Virus record (IMG/VR): IMGVR_UViG_3300023274_000046
Origin: a virus
Strand: one strand, 5' to 3'
Length of the DNA stretch: 64,000 nucleotides
A program made the position numbers and the translations under genes. Positions 45,846-59,297 of the stretch are shown here, piece after piece (position 1 is the first letter of the stretch; every line of letters starts with the position of its first letter). The notes under the pieces are model-generated. The model was given only the letters and a program-made list of their open reading frames with translations. It was not told the DNA's origin and ran no database searches.

Positions 45846-46046
45846 ATGCCAAAAAACAAATATAGCTTTTTTCCCTACGGCTACGCGGGAAAATTCAATA
45901 AAAGAAAGTAAGGAGTCCGAGTCCCTTTATTAAACACTGATGGACAAAGTATATAAATCACACTAGACAAATCTAAGCAGAATAATTTTACGGTATTGTA
46001 TTATATCTGAATAATACAAAGGAAGTTCAAATCTTTCTATTCTGGA

Positions 46047-47360
46047 ATGCCATACAACTCATTAATATTATTAATTTTATCTAATTCAATTACATCAAGA
46101 CGAGACAAATCAATCCTGTTCACAGCAACAGTTATATTTATAATTATCCTTTCAGTATTTATAGCCTATAATAATTTACATATTTTATTTTTAGTATTAT
46201 CTTTGGAAAATGGGTTAGGATTAACCCATATTGCTGCTACAATGAACTCGTTCCCTGTTAGGGATTTAAACACATTATTAACTTTACTTCTAAAAAGGGT
46301 TATAGTTGCTGTAAGGCAAGGGTACGATAAGGGTAATGGGATAAGCTATTCATTAAAAGTTAAAGCAAAATCTGATGAAAAGATCTCTACTATATTATCA
46401 AGTATGCCTTCAACATTCAACTATAACACTAAAAGAAAGTTTAATACTTTATCTAAAGTAAACTCTATTAAAAAATTAGACCCCTTCTTTATTACAGGTT
46501 TAGCGGATGCAGAGTCTAGTTTTATGATATTTATTCGTAAAAATACTAAGATTAAAGTTGGTTGAGTAGTGGAGGCTAGATTTGCAATTAGTTTTCATAA
46601 AAAAGACTTACCACTTTTAGAGTTAATTCAGTATACTTTTGACGGAGTGGGTTCTATAGTACGTCATTCAAAAGATAGTTATAGTTTATGCGTTAGCTCT
46701 CCAAAGGATTTAATTCATACTATTATCCCACATTTTGACAAGTACCCTTTAATTACAAAAAAAAGATCTGATTATGAGCTATTTAAACGTGTAGTAGAAC
46801 TTATGAACCAGAAAGCCCATTTAACCGTTGAGGGTTTACAACAAATTATAAGTATTAAAGCTGTTCTAAATAAAGGTTTATCAGATGAATTAAACCTTTC
46901 ATTTCCTGACGTTAAATTTACTACACGTCCTCTATTTCCAGTGAGTAAAATACAAAATAGTAACTGAGTATCCGGATTTGTCGAAGGTGAAGGTAACTTT
47001 ATGATTATGCTTAAAAAAAATCCATCTCATAAATCTGGTATACAGGTTGCATTGAGATTTAAAGTGACTCAACATAACCGTGACGTTGAGTTTATTAAAA
47101 GTTTTGTAGATTTTTTTGGTTGTGGTAATTGCTATATTGGTGGAGATTGCGTAGATTTCGTTGTTACAAAGTTTTCTGATATTACTGATATAATCTTACC
47201 CTTTTTTAGTAAATACCCTTTACATGGCTGTAAAAGATTAGATTTTCTTGATTTCTTACGAGTTGTTGAGATTATGCAAAGTAAAGCTCATATAACTGGG
47301 GAGGGACTAGAACTAATTCGTACAATAAAATCCGGAATGAACAGAGGAAGATGTGTTTAA
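46047..47360 (+). CDS. Free-standing LAGLIDADG endonuclease with a Nad2-like N-terminus (437 aa)
   Basis: LSNSITSRRDKSILF...AYNNLHILFL, then ITGLADAES and VSGFVEGEG; continuous across TGA. Confidence 0.85.
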
Positions 47361-47404
47361 TTTCTCACTATAGCTGTTTAGAGTAAATTAAACAAAAAAA
47401 ACAA

Positions 47405-47489
47405 AGGAGAGTTCCTTCATCGGTAAGAAGGGTTGAGCTGTAAACTCAATAGTAATATACTTTTAAGAGTTCGAATCTCTTGTCTCCTA
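47405..47489 (+). tRNA. trnY: tRNA-Tyr(GTA)
   Basis: Anticodon arm ttgag ctgtaaa ctcaa; long variable arm. Confidence 0.92.
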
Positions 47490-47568
47490 GATTTTTTTAT
47501 AATATAAACAATTAAATAATGATGTATGATTATGATTACTGTATATATTTATGTTATATTCTTTAATA

Positions 47569-47639
47569 GCCCTTATAGCTCAATGGTAGAGCGGAATACT
47601 GTTAATATTATGATAAATGTTCAATTCATTTTAAGGGCT
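47569..47639 (+). tRNA. trnN: tRNA-Asn(GTT)
   Basis: Acceptor gccctta/taagggc; loop ctgttaa. Confidence 0.92.
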
Positions 47640-47953
47640 TGCACAGATATACCTAATAGAGGGCTGTTGTATCCTTACAATATTGGAAGTTTTAAGTATA
47701 TTTTGCTATATGCTTTAAGCACTTTTTTTTCAAACATTTTATTATTTATTTAATTATTTAAAACAATCGCGTTTGCGACACCTTTGTGACGCCTTTGCGT
47801 TTGTGACAATTTATAATCCAGGCATATCTATTATAGAATAATAAGTCTAAATTATTTATTAAAAAATGTATCTTAGTACAGTTATAGTACTATTACCTAA
47901 TGTAATTGATGTATAATAATAACTGTTATGAAAGTGGTAAATAACAATTTTAC

Positions 47954-50900
47954 ATGTTGTATATTGTGAATGAAATGACATTTAGTGGATATAATGTATA
48001 TAGTTTAAACTTATTATATATTATTGCTATATTATTAGGTATACTAGTTATTATTAGCAAAAACCCTATTGATATATTATTTGGGGTAAACTATCAAATT
48101 CCGGGGACACCCTAAAGCTTATGATACCAAGCTGTAGTTGAAAGACTATTAGTGGATGAATTAATCACTCATGTATGGTAAAAAGTCATAAGATGATCCT
48201 TTATATTAGCAAAGGAGAAATAGGCAATCGCGGATCTAAGTCAGTAACATAATAATTACTGTAAAAGAGCAACGATTAGATGGTAGTTAGTAGTGGTATT
48301 TAAGTAAATAATATTACTACTTAAGGTATAATCTACAAATTAAAAAAAAATATGTGATTGTAAATAATTTCAATCTAAACTTACTTACATTTTATTCTGA
48401 TGTAGACTCAGGAGGTGTCTCCTACTCTAATCATAAATATATTGTATTACAATCCCGTGTACCCCGACCTCACCAATTAAATGATCTCTTGATAAGGTCA
48501 TATCATACTAAATCTTTAAGTAGCTTACGTACACCCTTAGAGTTAAATCCTTGATTTATAACTGGATTTACTGATGGGGAAGGTTCATTCTCATTAAGTG
48601 TTAGAGATATAGATAAGTATACTAAAAAAGGAAAAGTACTCTATGTATTTTCAATAATATTACATAAGAAAGACGAGGGTATATTAAGAAGTATCTCATC
48701 CGCAGTTATTACGCTATTGCTTGGTTATTACCGTAAATTTAAAGATAGATGTAGTTTTGATTTAGAATGAGCTTTACATAACCCACCTAAACCATACGCA
48801 TTTACTCACTTACCTTTACAGAGTAAACTTCAACATCCACATGCGGGTTATTTTTGATGAATGATGCACAGACGTAATGTGCATGCACACGAATCTAACG
48901 CACCTACTGAGGAACATATTCAGAGGTACTATCAGAAATACATTGAACCATTGACCCCCGAACAACAAAATAATTTTGATAGAAAATTAATACGAATAGA
49001 TGATAAATTTTTGGAGAAAATACGAGGTAATGGAATGCAGCAGTGTCCGAATCATGGTATCAAAGATGTTCAAGGTAGTAATTGTAAAGGAACATATATT
49101 TTTGACCAGTATGAGTTAAATCCTCTTATGAATATTATGCATAATGACGAAATTCAAAGCATACTCTTTGTAGTAAACGGAGAGTGGGTTATTTGCTTAA
49201 GATACCTAATTATGTATTTTATGATTAAAAATGGATATAATTTTAAAACTATATGATCATTTATAAGTTCGAATATTATTTATGTTATAAAAATTCTTGC
49301 GAATAACGTTAGTAGTATAATTTTTCTCTATTTAGCTATTATATCCAGTATGGTATTTTTATTAATTAGTGGTAACTATTTAGATGCTAGCTTTGTTAGT
49401 TATGACGTACTTAAAGCTTGAGAACTTTACTTCCAAAATAGTGCTAGTCCACCTAATAATATTTTTTCAGGTTATAGAAATTATTTACAATATTCAACTA
49501 ATTATCCTCTAATACTATCTTCCAACCCCGGGGGGGTTAGAAGAAATAGATCTTTTTCTACCTCTATTCTCCCCTATAACTCCGTTACAAGGGGAAGCTT
49601 ATTAAATCTTAAAGAAATACCTCGTAGGAAGTTTTATTGCTCAACTTCATTAAATAGGGATTTACTTAGTGATGAAGATTTTTACGAATGGTTACGTGGT
49701 TTGATAGATGGTGAAGGTTGTTTTTATATAAGAAAAAACTTGATCCGAGAGAATTCTCCATTCACATTTTTATTCTTAATTAATTTACACATTGATGATA
49801 AGGCTGCGCTTGACTATATTCAAATGAGGTTGAATATCGGTAAGGTCGATGTTATCAAAGATGGAAAAATGAGTAGTTTATCAGTTGTGAAAAAAACAGA
49901 GATAAAAGTACTAATTGACATTTTAAGTAAAGTTCCTTTGAATACAACTAAAAGGTTAAATTTCGAAGACTGAAAGCAAGCTTATGAGCTTTATTTCGGT
50001 GTAGATAAAATAAGTGATAGAGGAAAAACTATCCTGGAAAAAATAGATGAGATTAAGAAAGGTATGAACACAAGAAGACAATATGAAACACATAAATTTG
50101 AGTTTCATATCACGAAATATTGATTGTTAGGGTTTATAGAAGGAGAAGGTTCATTCTCTATATCGAAAGAACGACTTCAACAGATATTTTTCCTGGGGCA
50201 AGTGTCTAGCGAGAGACCTTTATTAGAAAAAATCACAGAATATTTAGAATATTATAGTGAGGGTTCTATCTCTTATTCCACTAACAATAAGTCCATATTC
50301 GCTATCTATGATAAAACTGAGGATGCTTTACGTAACCGTAAGCCCTTTTCTAGTTTACATTGCGCTAATCAAGAATATTTACTTAAGGTGCTAGTGCCGC
50401 TATTAGATTCATTAACCTGACAAACCAAAAAATTTATGGATTTTAAGGATTGATCAGCAATATTGGAGATAAAAGCTGCCGGTCTTCATCTTAGTTCCCA
50501 AGGTAAAAAAGTGATCCAAAAAGTAATTGCGCAGATGAACAATTACCGTTTGTCAACTAATCCTGATAAAACAAACATAGATAGAAACTTATTGTATTCT
50601 GAAATTGCAGATTTATTAGATCAACCTTCTATTGAAAGAGTAGCCAAAAGACCGGTTAATCTAATAAATGAAAAAGGTGAATTGTTTAAGTCTTTTCCAT
50701 CAATATACGGCTGTGCCAAATTTCTGGGTATAAGTAAATATAAGATTAATACAGCTATAAAACTAAATAAAGCGCTGATTTATGACGAAAAAGTATATTT
50801 TGTGCGTGAGGACTAGGAGTAGGTAAAATATATACACATGGAAAACAAGGAGTACAATTCCGCGTTGAATCTAAAAAAGAGTTATGTATTTTAATAGAAC

Positions 50901-53900
50901 ATTTTGATAAATATCCGTTAATAACCAAGAAAGCTAAAGACTTCTTATGTTTTAAAAAAGCAATTTTCTTAATAAAAAACAAAGAACACTTAACAAAACA
51001 AGGTATGCTAAAGTTAGTATCTCTAAAAGCTTTAATGGGTAAAGGTCTTACTAATGAATTAAAAACTGCCTTTCCTGATCTTATTACAGCAAATGAACTA
51101 GGGATATCTGATTTAACTTTATCTCCAGATTTAATAATAGATCCTTGTTGATTAGCAGGGTTTATTTCAGCGGAAGGTTGTTTTATTATAGGTATTTATA
51201 AATCTACATCTGTAAAAACAGGATACCAAGTACAGTTAAAATTTGTACTAAGTCAACACATAAGAGATAAAGAGTTATTTGAATATTTTGTAAAACATTT
51301 AGGGTATGGTTATACAGCTGTAGATAGAGAAGGAATTTATTTCATAGTTACTAAATTTTCAGATTTAAAAGATAAACTCTTACCTCTATTACATTTACAA
51401 CATCCCGTAGTAGGTTATAAATATTTAGATTATTTGTATTTTATGGAGGCTGTAGAAATGATTCAAAAAAAACTCCATTTAACAGAAGAGGGTTTAAATA
51501 AACTACGTGAGATACAAGTTTTAATGAACAGCGGAAGAAAAAACACACCTGAACAAGATACCGATTCAGTTACAACAGATTAAACTATGTGTTTGTGTGT
51601 GCGGGTAATACAAGAGGGGTAATTAGCAGCTTAGCTTTAAAATAGGTATGTAAGTTTTTAAAAGTAGGCTTTTTAATTTGTGATTGTTTCGGTCTTATTC
51701 TTAATAGGTTTATTTTTATGCATATCTTGTTATTTAATTCTAACAGGGTTAAACTTTATAGGATTATCTTACTTGCTTGTGTACATTGGGGCGGTAGTAA
51801 TAAGTATGAATAAATTTGCCGCGTTGGTTCGAATCCAACTTTACAAGGTCCTTTTAGATAAGTGATATAACTACGTTTTATCTTACATTAATAAAAAATA
51901 TAGAGATTTTAGTTCTCTTACTCTTAAAAAAAAACTTCTTAAAACAAAGACTATCCCTGGCACGGTTGGTCTTATTTGGCTGCAAGGGAGAACAATGGGC
52001 AACTATAGACATCTAGGTAATATAGGCAACAATAGACATATAGGAACAAAACCCATATTATGAGCTAGTTGTTACTCTACTATGACCTATAAAGATTCGC
52101 TAAATAACACAGAATTTTACGAATGATTGTGTGGGTTCGTAGACGGTGAAGGTTACTTTAGAATTAAAAAAGATAGTAGACGAGACAGATTTCCATATGT
52201 TTTTGAGTTTACGATACTTTTACATCTCTTTTATTATTTCTTAATTATATTTTGTCCAAAGCGTCGAATCAATTATTTTTTTATTAAAAAAAAATCCATT
52301 CATTTTTATACTAAAATAAATACTTCATTAAAAGTTCATTCTAGTCCCTTTAAATATGTGGGGTCTAGTCCACGCCTTGGGATCCAAGCTAAGGTAAATT
52401 ATTCCTTGTTAAATAGGATGAAAACTAAACAAATGAATTCAGGAATTTGTTATTATTCAACTAATAATAATCTTATTGTAAATGTGGAAGCAGAATTTAA
52501 AAAAGATGAATCAAAATTAAATCCGCATTGAGTATCTGGATTTGTAGATGCAGAGGGTAGTTTTATGGTTAGGGTATATAAACAAGCAGGGAAAACAGGA
52601 TGAGGTGTCACACCAAGTTTTTCTATCCATTTACATAAAATAGATATTGATATATTATATGCATTACAAAATTATTTTGGAGTAGGTAATGTATATTTAA
52701 ATAAAAATGGAAAATCAGCTAGTTATATAGTTAGTAATTTAAAAGATATAAATAATGTTATTATACCTCATTTTAAAAATTATCCTTTACAAAGCTGTAA
52801 ATGCATTGATTTACAATTATGATCTTTGTGTATTGAAATTGTAGTTAATAAAGAACATTTAACTATAAAAGGGTTAAATAAGATAGTTGAACTTAAATCT
52901 ATTTTAAATAAAGGTTTATCTGAAATATTAAGAGTAAATTTCCCTGGTATTAATTTAATAGAAAGGCCAATATTTCAAGTGAACAAAGGACCACTTAATC
53001 CTTATTGAGTGAGCGGTTTCACCGAGGGTGATGGTTCTTTTTATGTCACTATTTTTTTTTTTCAAAAAAAAATTGAAACTAACTATGTAAGAATGTTTTA
53101 TAGTATTGCTTTAAATAATAGAGAAACTCCTTTAATTCGAAAAATACAAGAGTACTTTAAAGGAATAGGTTCAATAGTAGAAAGTATTGATAATAATTAT
53201 AACACGGTGAAATATAAAGTAGTCTCGATTAAAGATCTTAATGAATTTATTATACCTCAATTTGATACTTATAAATTTTTTGGAAATAAACATCTTAATT
53301 ATTTAATTTGAAAAGAAATATTATTGTTGGTTAACTCTAAAGCTCATTTAACTGCTGAAGGTTTAAAGAAAATTAGATCTCTTCAGTCTAAACTTAATAA
53401 ATGAGAAATTTAGATTAATCCTTTGCTAGTAGTTCTAATAAAAAAAGCCCATGAGCCTTGCCTTGTCCCCCATAAGGCTCTCTCTCTGTGAGAGAGAGAG
53501 GTGACGATAAACCTGTTCTTGATTATATTCAAACTAGTTTAAATTTAGGTAATGTGATATGTAATGGTAAATTTTGTAGATTTAGTGTTTATAGAAAAAC
53601 CGATATAAAAGAGATAATTAGTGTTTTTAGTAAATATCCTTTGAATTCATCTAAAAGACTTAATTTTGAAGATTGAAAAAAAGCTTTTGAACTTTATAAT
53701 GATGAAAATATAAATGGTAATAGAGAAAATATTCTTTCTATTGTAGAGAAATTAAGGGAAGGTATGAATAAAGGAAGATATTATGAAACTTTTAAAGTGG
53801 ATGATGTAAAAATTACTAAATATTGATTATTAGGGTTTATAGAAGGAGAGGGCTCATTTAATTTTCAAAAAAAAGGGTTTGCAGTTACTTTTACTTTAGG

Positions 53901-56900
53901 ACAGGTATCTCGAGATAAACCTTTATTAGAAAAAATTGTTGAGTTTTTAAAATCTCATAGTGGAAATTTATATACTAAAGAGTCTTTTTTAACTATATAT
54001 GATAAAGCTAAAGAGAATAATATAAATCAAAATCCTTATTCAGAAATCCGAAGTTCTAGTTTATATTCTTTACGTAAAGTGCTTGTACCTTTATTAAGCG
54101 ATTTAAATTGACGTTCAAAAAAATATAAAGATTTTAAAGATTGAACTTTAGTTTTAGATTTAAAAGCTGCAGGTCTTCATACTGCATCTGAGGGTAAAGA
54201 ACTTATTTTAAAGATATACTCTCAAATGAATAATAACCGTCTATCCACTAAAAAATCAGATGTGAATGTAGATGTAGATAAATTACATTATGAAATTAAA
54301 CTTTTGTTAGCTAAATCTACTGACCACACAAGTAAAGCCAATTCTGTTAATCTTCATTTAGAAAACGGAGAACTGGTAATGTCTTTCCCATCAATATATA
54401 GTTGTGCCAAATTTTTAGGTGTTAATAAGTATAGAGTTTCTCAAAGTTTAACTTTGAATAAACCGTTTAATGTAGATAATAAGGTTTACTATGTGCGTAA
54501 CGCATAAATTTACAATATAAGTTACAATAACTTATCTGGTACACAATTAAGAAGGTTGAGCTAAGTTGTTTATTTATATGTTACCATAGGTGCGGTAAAA
54601 AAACGTATGGTTAGATCATTTAGATCTAATTTTGCAGCGTGGGTTAGAATCCCACTCTACAAGGTACTTTTAATTATAAACAATTTTTTTTTTAAAATAA
54701 TGTTGTACAAACTTCCTTCTTTATTTAAGTTTAAAAGGGAAGCACCGTCAGCTTTCGCTTTATTTTTTTCGACGTTATTTCGAATATTCGCAATAAATAG
54801 AAATAAATTAGCGCAAGAGGAATCATATTTTTCTCAAAAGTCGTCCTGCAGCAACCACGACGAAGAATTTATTAAATGATTTGTAGGGTTCTCAGATGCA
54901 GAGTCTAATTTCACTATAGTCTTATATAAAGATAAAACTGGTAAAATTATATCTTTTACTTTCAGATTTTTGATAGAGTTACACGTTGATGACATAGATG
55001 CTTTAAAATTAATAAAAAATAAATTAAATCTAGGAAATGATATAGTAGTGTATGGTAATAGTTGTAAATTTACGGTAACACATCGAAAAGATATTTATAA
55101 ATTAATAGCTATATTTGATAAATATAACCTAAATACTACTAAGTACCTTGATTATTTAGATTTTAAGAAAGCTTTTAATTTATATCTGGGAAGAGATAAG
55201 ACAATTAAAGAGAAACAAAATTTAATAGATCAAATACTAGAATTAAAAAATAGAATGAACAAGTCTCGTGTTAATTTTAGTTTACCTGCAGATCATCAAA
55301 TAGTAATATCTGGTCCTTGATTACTAGGGTTTATTGAGGGAGAAGGTTCATTTTATTTAGATAGAACTGAATTTAGACCTGTTTTTTCAATTATACAAAC
55401 TGAAATACAGCTACCTGTAATGGAAAAAATTAAATAATTTTTAGAGAGTAATTTAGGGTTTGATAAGTATTCTATGTTTAAATTAAAATGTTCATCCGCT
55501 ATATCTATTAAAAGAGGTAAAGCTCTAAATAATAGTAAATCGTTAGCAGTAGTTGTAATTAATAATACAAATATCTTAAATAATTATTTAATACCCTATT
55601 TAGAAAAAAAAAATATGCCGTTTATTACTAAAAAAGGTAAAGATTTTTATGATTTTAAAATTATATGCACTGCTGTGTATAATGGAACTTATAGAACAGA
55701 GGAAATAAAACTGTTAATCTTAAAATTGTCGTATTCTATGAATAACTTTAGATTAAGTACAAACTCAGATTTAAAAAAAGTTCCTAGTTTATTTAAGGAA
55801 AGTTTAGATAAAATCATAAAAGCAAAACCAACGATTAGACATCTTGATGATGGTCGTCAATTAGATATTGTCACTGGAAAAGCGGTGAATACACGTTGAA
55901 CTAATTGTATTTATGAAATAATTAAAGATTCAGGAGAAATGTTCTGAGCGTCTACTTTAAACGAGGCGGCTGAAATTTTAGGTGTAGATTTTAGAACAGT
56001 AAGAAGGCATTTAGAACAGGAAGACTTATACTCAAATGGATATTACGTCGAAATAAATGGCCATAAGGTTAGAAGAATACCAGTATTTTATCCTTAAGAA
56101 TCAACTCTTTTTTTTTGTGTGGGCAAAAGACTATTTGGTCCTGGAATTATAGTTAAGTCCTTAATAGGGAATAAATTTATTAAACTAGGAAGGTAGTTCT
56201 AGCAACACGGTAATGTAATGAGTACGCCGGAAAAAAAATCCATTGTAGGATGGTTATCCTGAACGCTGTTTTGGGATACGACGATGAGCCTTTAGTTACT
56301 TATGTAGCAAGGAAAAAAAAAATTAAAAAGAATTAAGAGCATAGGAACTGAAAGAAGGTTCAACTGTACAGTTCTATACTTGTAGAAAAAATTAGGTGAA
56401 TACGGTTAATAATATCTTAATTAAAGACCGTCGGCAGATGAAAATGTCGCAACAGACTGGATCACCGGGGCTAGGTTGCAATACCTGTTCTAATGTACAG
56501 TCGGATTCTAATACGAGTGTGAAATCGTAAGGAGGAAAGACAATACAGTAAGCTACACACAGTTGTATAATCATTCATACTATGATAGTTACTCCTAGAT
56601 ATGATAGTGTTAACTAGACGCTAGCTTAATCTTAATTAGAATTGATCTATATTATTTTTATTTATATTAATGCTAATAAATGTTAGGATATCGGAATTAT
56701 TAATTGATAGTATAAATAGTATACCTTTAGCCATATTATTAGGTAGTTTTTTTAATTATTTTGTTAATAATGTTTTACCTTACATGGTGATTACTAATAA
56801 TTTACTTTATCATTTTAGCATAAAAAAAAAATTAGCCAATGTAACATCTGTATCATGAGATGGATATTTAGCAGAAACTTCTCATATAACAAGTATAGGA

Positions 56901-57005
56901 AATATCATCTATGGAAATTATTCTATATGATTAATACTTACATCCATTATATTATTATTAGCCATGACTGGGTGTATTATAATTACTTTAAAAGAAAAAA
57001 AGTAA
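47954..57005 (+). CDS. nad6: NADH dehydrogenase subunit 6. Exons 47954-48067, 51683-51795, 56645-57005 (588 nt)
   Basis: VIISKNP-IVSVLFLIGLF...LLVYIGAV-SILFLFILMLINV...NYSIWLILTSIILLLAMTGCIII. Confidence 0.93.
48068..51682 (+). mobile_element. Group I intron 1 of nad6 (IC2-like); resident LAGLIDADG split by a ~2.1 kb insertion
   Basis: Core at ~48085-48330; LAGLIDADG halves at ~48500-48695 (LHKKDEGILRSI) and ~50812-51582 (LGVGKIY). Confidence 0.88.
48312..50816 (+). CDS. Chimeric ORF (~835 codons; first ATG at 48861): LAGLIDADG N-half, Cox1-C-terminus-like, cargo, TM, Cox2-N-terminus-like, complete second LAGLIDADG
   Basis: Read by hand in code 4; no TAA/TAG until 50814. Confidence 0.78.
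51796..56644 (+). mobile_element. Group I intron 2 of nad6 (ID-like core at the 3' end) with three LAGLIDADG units
   Basis: Core gcaacagactggatca / aatgtacagtcgg at ~56450-56505. Unit A (51796-~52227 plus ~53500-54507) is split by unit B (~52227-53413). Unit C (54597-56097) has an internal TAA at 55435. Confidence 0.85.
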
Positions 57006-58082
57006 ATAATTCTGAATTTAATGCGCGTAAAGGGCTAGTTAACCCCAGCTCTAAATATCTTTTCAAGCCTAAATTTTATATATTAAGTAGTCGGTCTTTT
57101 AGTACCGTTAATAGTTCTCTTAAAACAGATGTTTGTACTCAAAATAATACTATTGCATTGAACCTTTTACCGGGTTGGGTTACAGGATTTTCAGATGGTG
57201 AATGTTCTTTTTCTGTTAATATTGTTAAAAACAGTCAATATAAAACAGGTTGAAGTATAATACCTATTTTCTGTATTGAATTGCATAAAAGAGATTTAGA
57301 GACTCTTTTAAGAATACAGATGTTTTTTGGGGGTATAGGAAGGATTAATCACCTTAAAGAAAAAGGTCATGTCGTCTATTCAATAACTTCTGTTAAAGAC
57401 TTACATAACGTGATCATACCTCATTTTACGAAGTACCCTCTTTTAACTATAAAAAGACTTACTTTTATACTTTTTAAAGATATAATTGAATTACTTGTAA
57501 ACAAAGAACATTTGAATTATAACGGCTTACTAAAAATTATGGCTATTAGAACTCAAATAAATAAAGGTGTTTCTGATGAACTACTAAGCTCTTTTAATCA
57601 ATTTTCTATGCAAATTAGTGGTAAACCTATTGTTACTATTCCAAAACCATTATTGGACCCGTTAAGTTTAAAACATTTAACTAAGGATTGATTAGTAGGT
57701 TTTACTGATGCGTAAGGTTGCTTTTTTGTTCACTATCGTGTTAATAGTAATAAAACAGGTCATTCAACAGGATTGGGCTTTACTATTACTCAGCATTCTA
57801 GAGATTCTTTACTTTTTCAGCTTATAAAATAATTTTTCGGTGTTGGTAATACTATAACGGAAGCAAATAAAGAGGTAATTAGATATAGAACGGATAATTT
57901 TTCTAATATTTATGAAAATATTATACCTTTTTATAGAAATGCACTACAAAGTAGCAAAAATTTGAATTATTTAGATTTTTGTGAAGCTTCTGAAATAATC
58001 CAAAGTAAATCTCATTTAACTGAGCAAGGCCTGGAAAGAATTAAATCTATTAAACTCCGTATGAATTCTAAACGGGTTTAGT
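57006..58082 (+). pseudogene. Free-standing LAGLIDADG directly after nad6, with in-frame stops
   Basis: WVTGFSDGEC and WLVGFTDA*G motifs. Confidence 0.8.
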
Positions 58083-58379
58083 ATAAAGTATGAAATTAAA
58101 TCGAAAACGATATCATTATTAGCAGTAAAAAAGGATTATTGGTTTAGGATAAGGTAATACAAAATAACCCCGAGGTTCTATTAAAGATTCCCGTGTTAAA
58201 TTTTGTATAAGCCAAACTGTAATAGTCGGTCATTTTTAAATAAGTTCATTATAAAATATTTTTTGGTTTTCCCCTTGTTCTATTCTTACTGTCGAATAGG
58301 TAGTATTGTAATCACTCTAAAAGAAAAAAAGTAATTACTTTTAACGAATCTTCGTGTCAAATTAGTGGTGATATTCCTT

Positions 58380-58775
58380 TAAGAGTTAAAGCAAAATCTG
58401 ACGAAAAAACGTTTTCTGGTGGCAGTATATCTCAGACATACAACTATAATTCTAAAAGAAAGTTTAGCACTTCAGCTACATTTAAAGTACCTAAAGGATT
58501 AGATCCCTGATTTATCACTGGAATCGTGGACGCTGAGTCTACATTTACAATAGCTATCCGTCAACATTCTAAATGTAAAATGGGTTGATCTGTTGAGCCC
58601 AGCTTTGCTATTGGTTTAAATAAAAAAGACTTACCTTTACTGGTGTCAATTAAATCTACTTTTGGGGGAATAGGTTCTATAATGCGCCATTCAGAAGATT
58701 GCTCTGTTTGACGTGTTAGCTCTCTAAAAGATTTAATTAACACAGTCATTCCACATTTTGACAAGTTTACTTTTG
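58380..58775 (+). pseudogene. Truncated LAGLIDADG paralogous to 46047-47360
   Basis: Shared gttaaagcaaaatctga...aaaagaaagttta; FITGIVDAES motif; ends at IPHFDK. Confidence 0.75.
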
Positions 58776-59033
58776 TAATATGTAAAAATAAGTATTAAGT
58801 CATATATATTAAATATTTAAATCCAATTTTGCAATGTATAAAATTAAAAATTTATTTTGTATATATAACTTAATCTGTCTCATTGCGAAGGATTTACCAT
58901 TAATCAACCTCTCATTGCGTTGGAGAGATCCCTTGTTTATATGAATAAGGAATAAAGGAGAAGATACCTCGTGGAGGGCAACGGAGTAACGCTCAGACAT
59001 GCCCATAAGCTAGAGATTAAAGCCTAAAAAAAA

Positions 59034-59106
59034 AAGAAATTAGCTCAATTGGTAGAGCGTCCGTTTTACACACGGCAGGTTAAGTGTTCAAATCACTTAT
59101 TTCTTA
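59034..59106 (+). tRNA. trnV: tRNA-Val(TAC)
   Basis: Acceptor aagaaat/atttctt; loop tttacac. Confidence 0.92.
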
Positions 59107-59134
59107 ATACTTATGAATAATAAGTATATATTTA

Positions 59135-59206
59135 GAGATCTTAGCTTAATGGTAAAGCGTATGACTTTTAATCATTATCATAAGGGTTCAAGTCCCTTAG
59201 ATCTTA
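59135..59206 (+). tRNA. trnK: tRNA-Lys(TTT)
   Basis: Acceptor gagatct/agatctt; loop cttttaa. Confidence 0.92.
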
Positions 59207-59297
59207 TAAAAAAATTATAAACGGCTATAGGAGAAACTACTTTTAATAGGGGCTCCGTATTATTGGTAGATAGATGTGCAACTCATCTACGGGGTAT

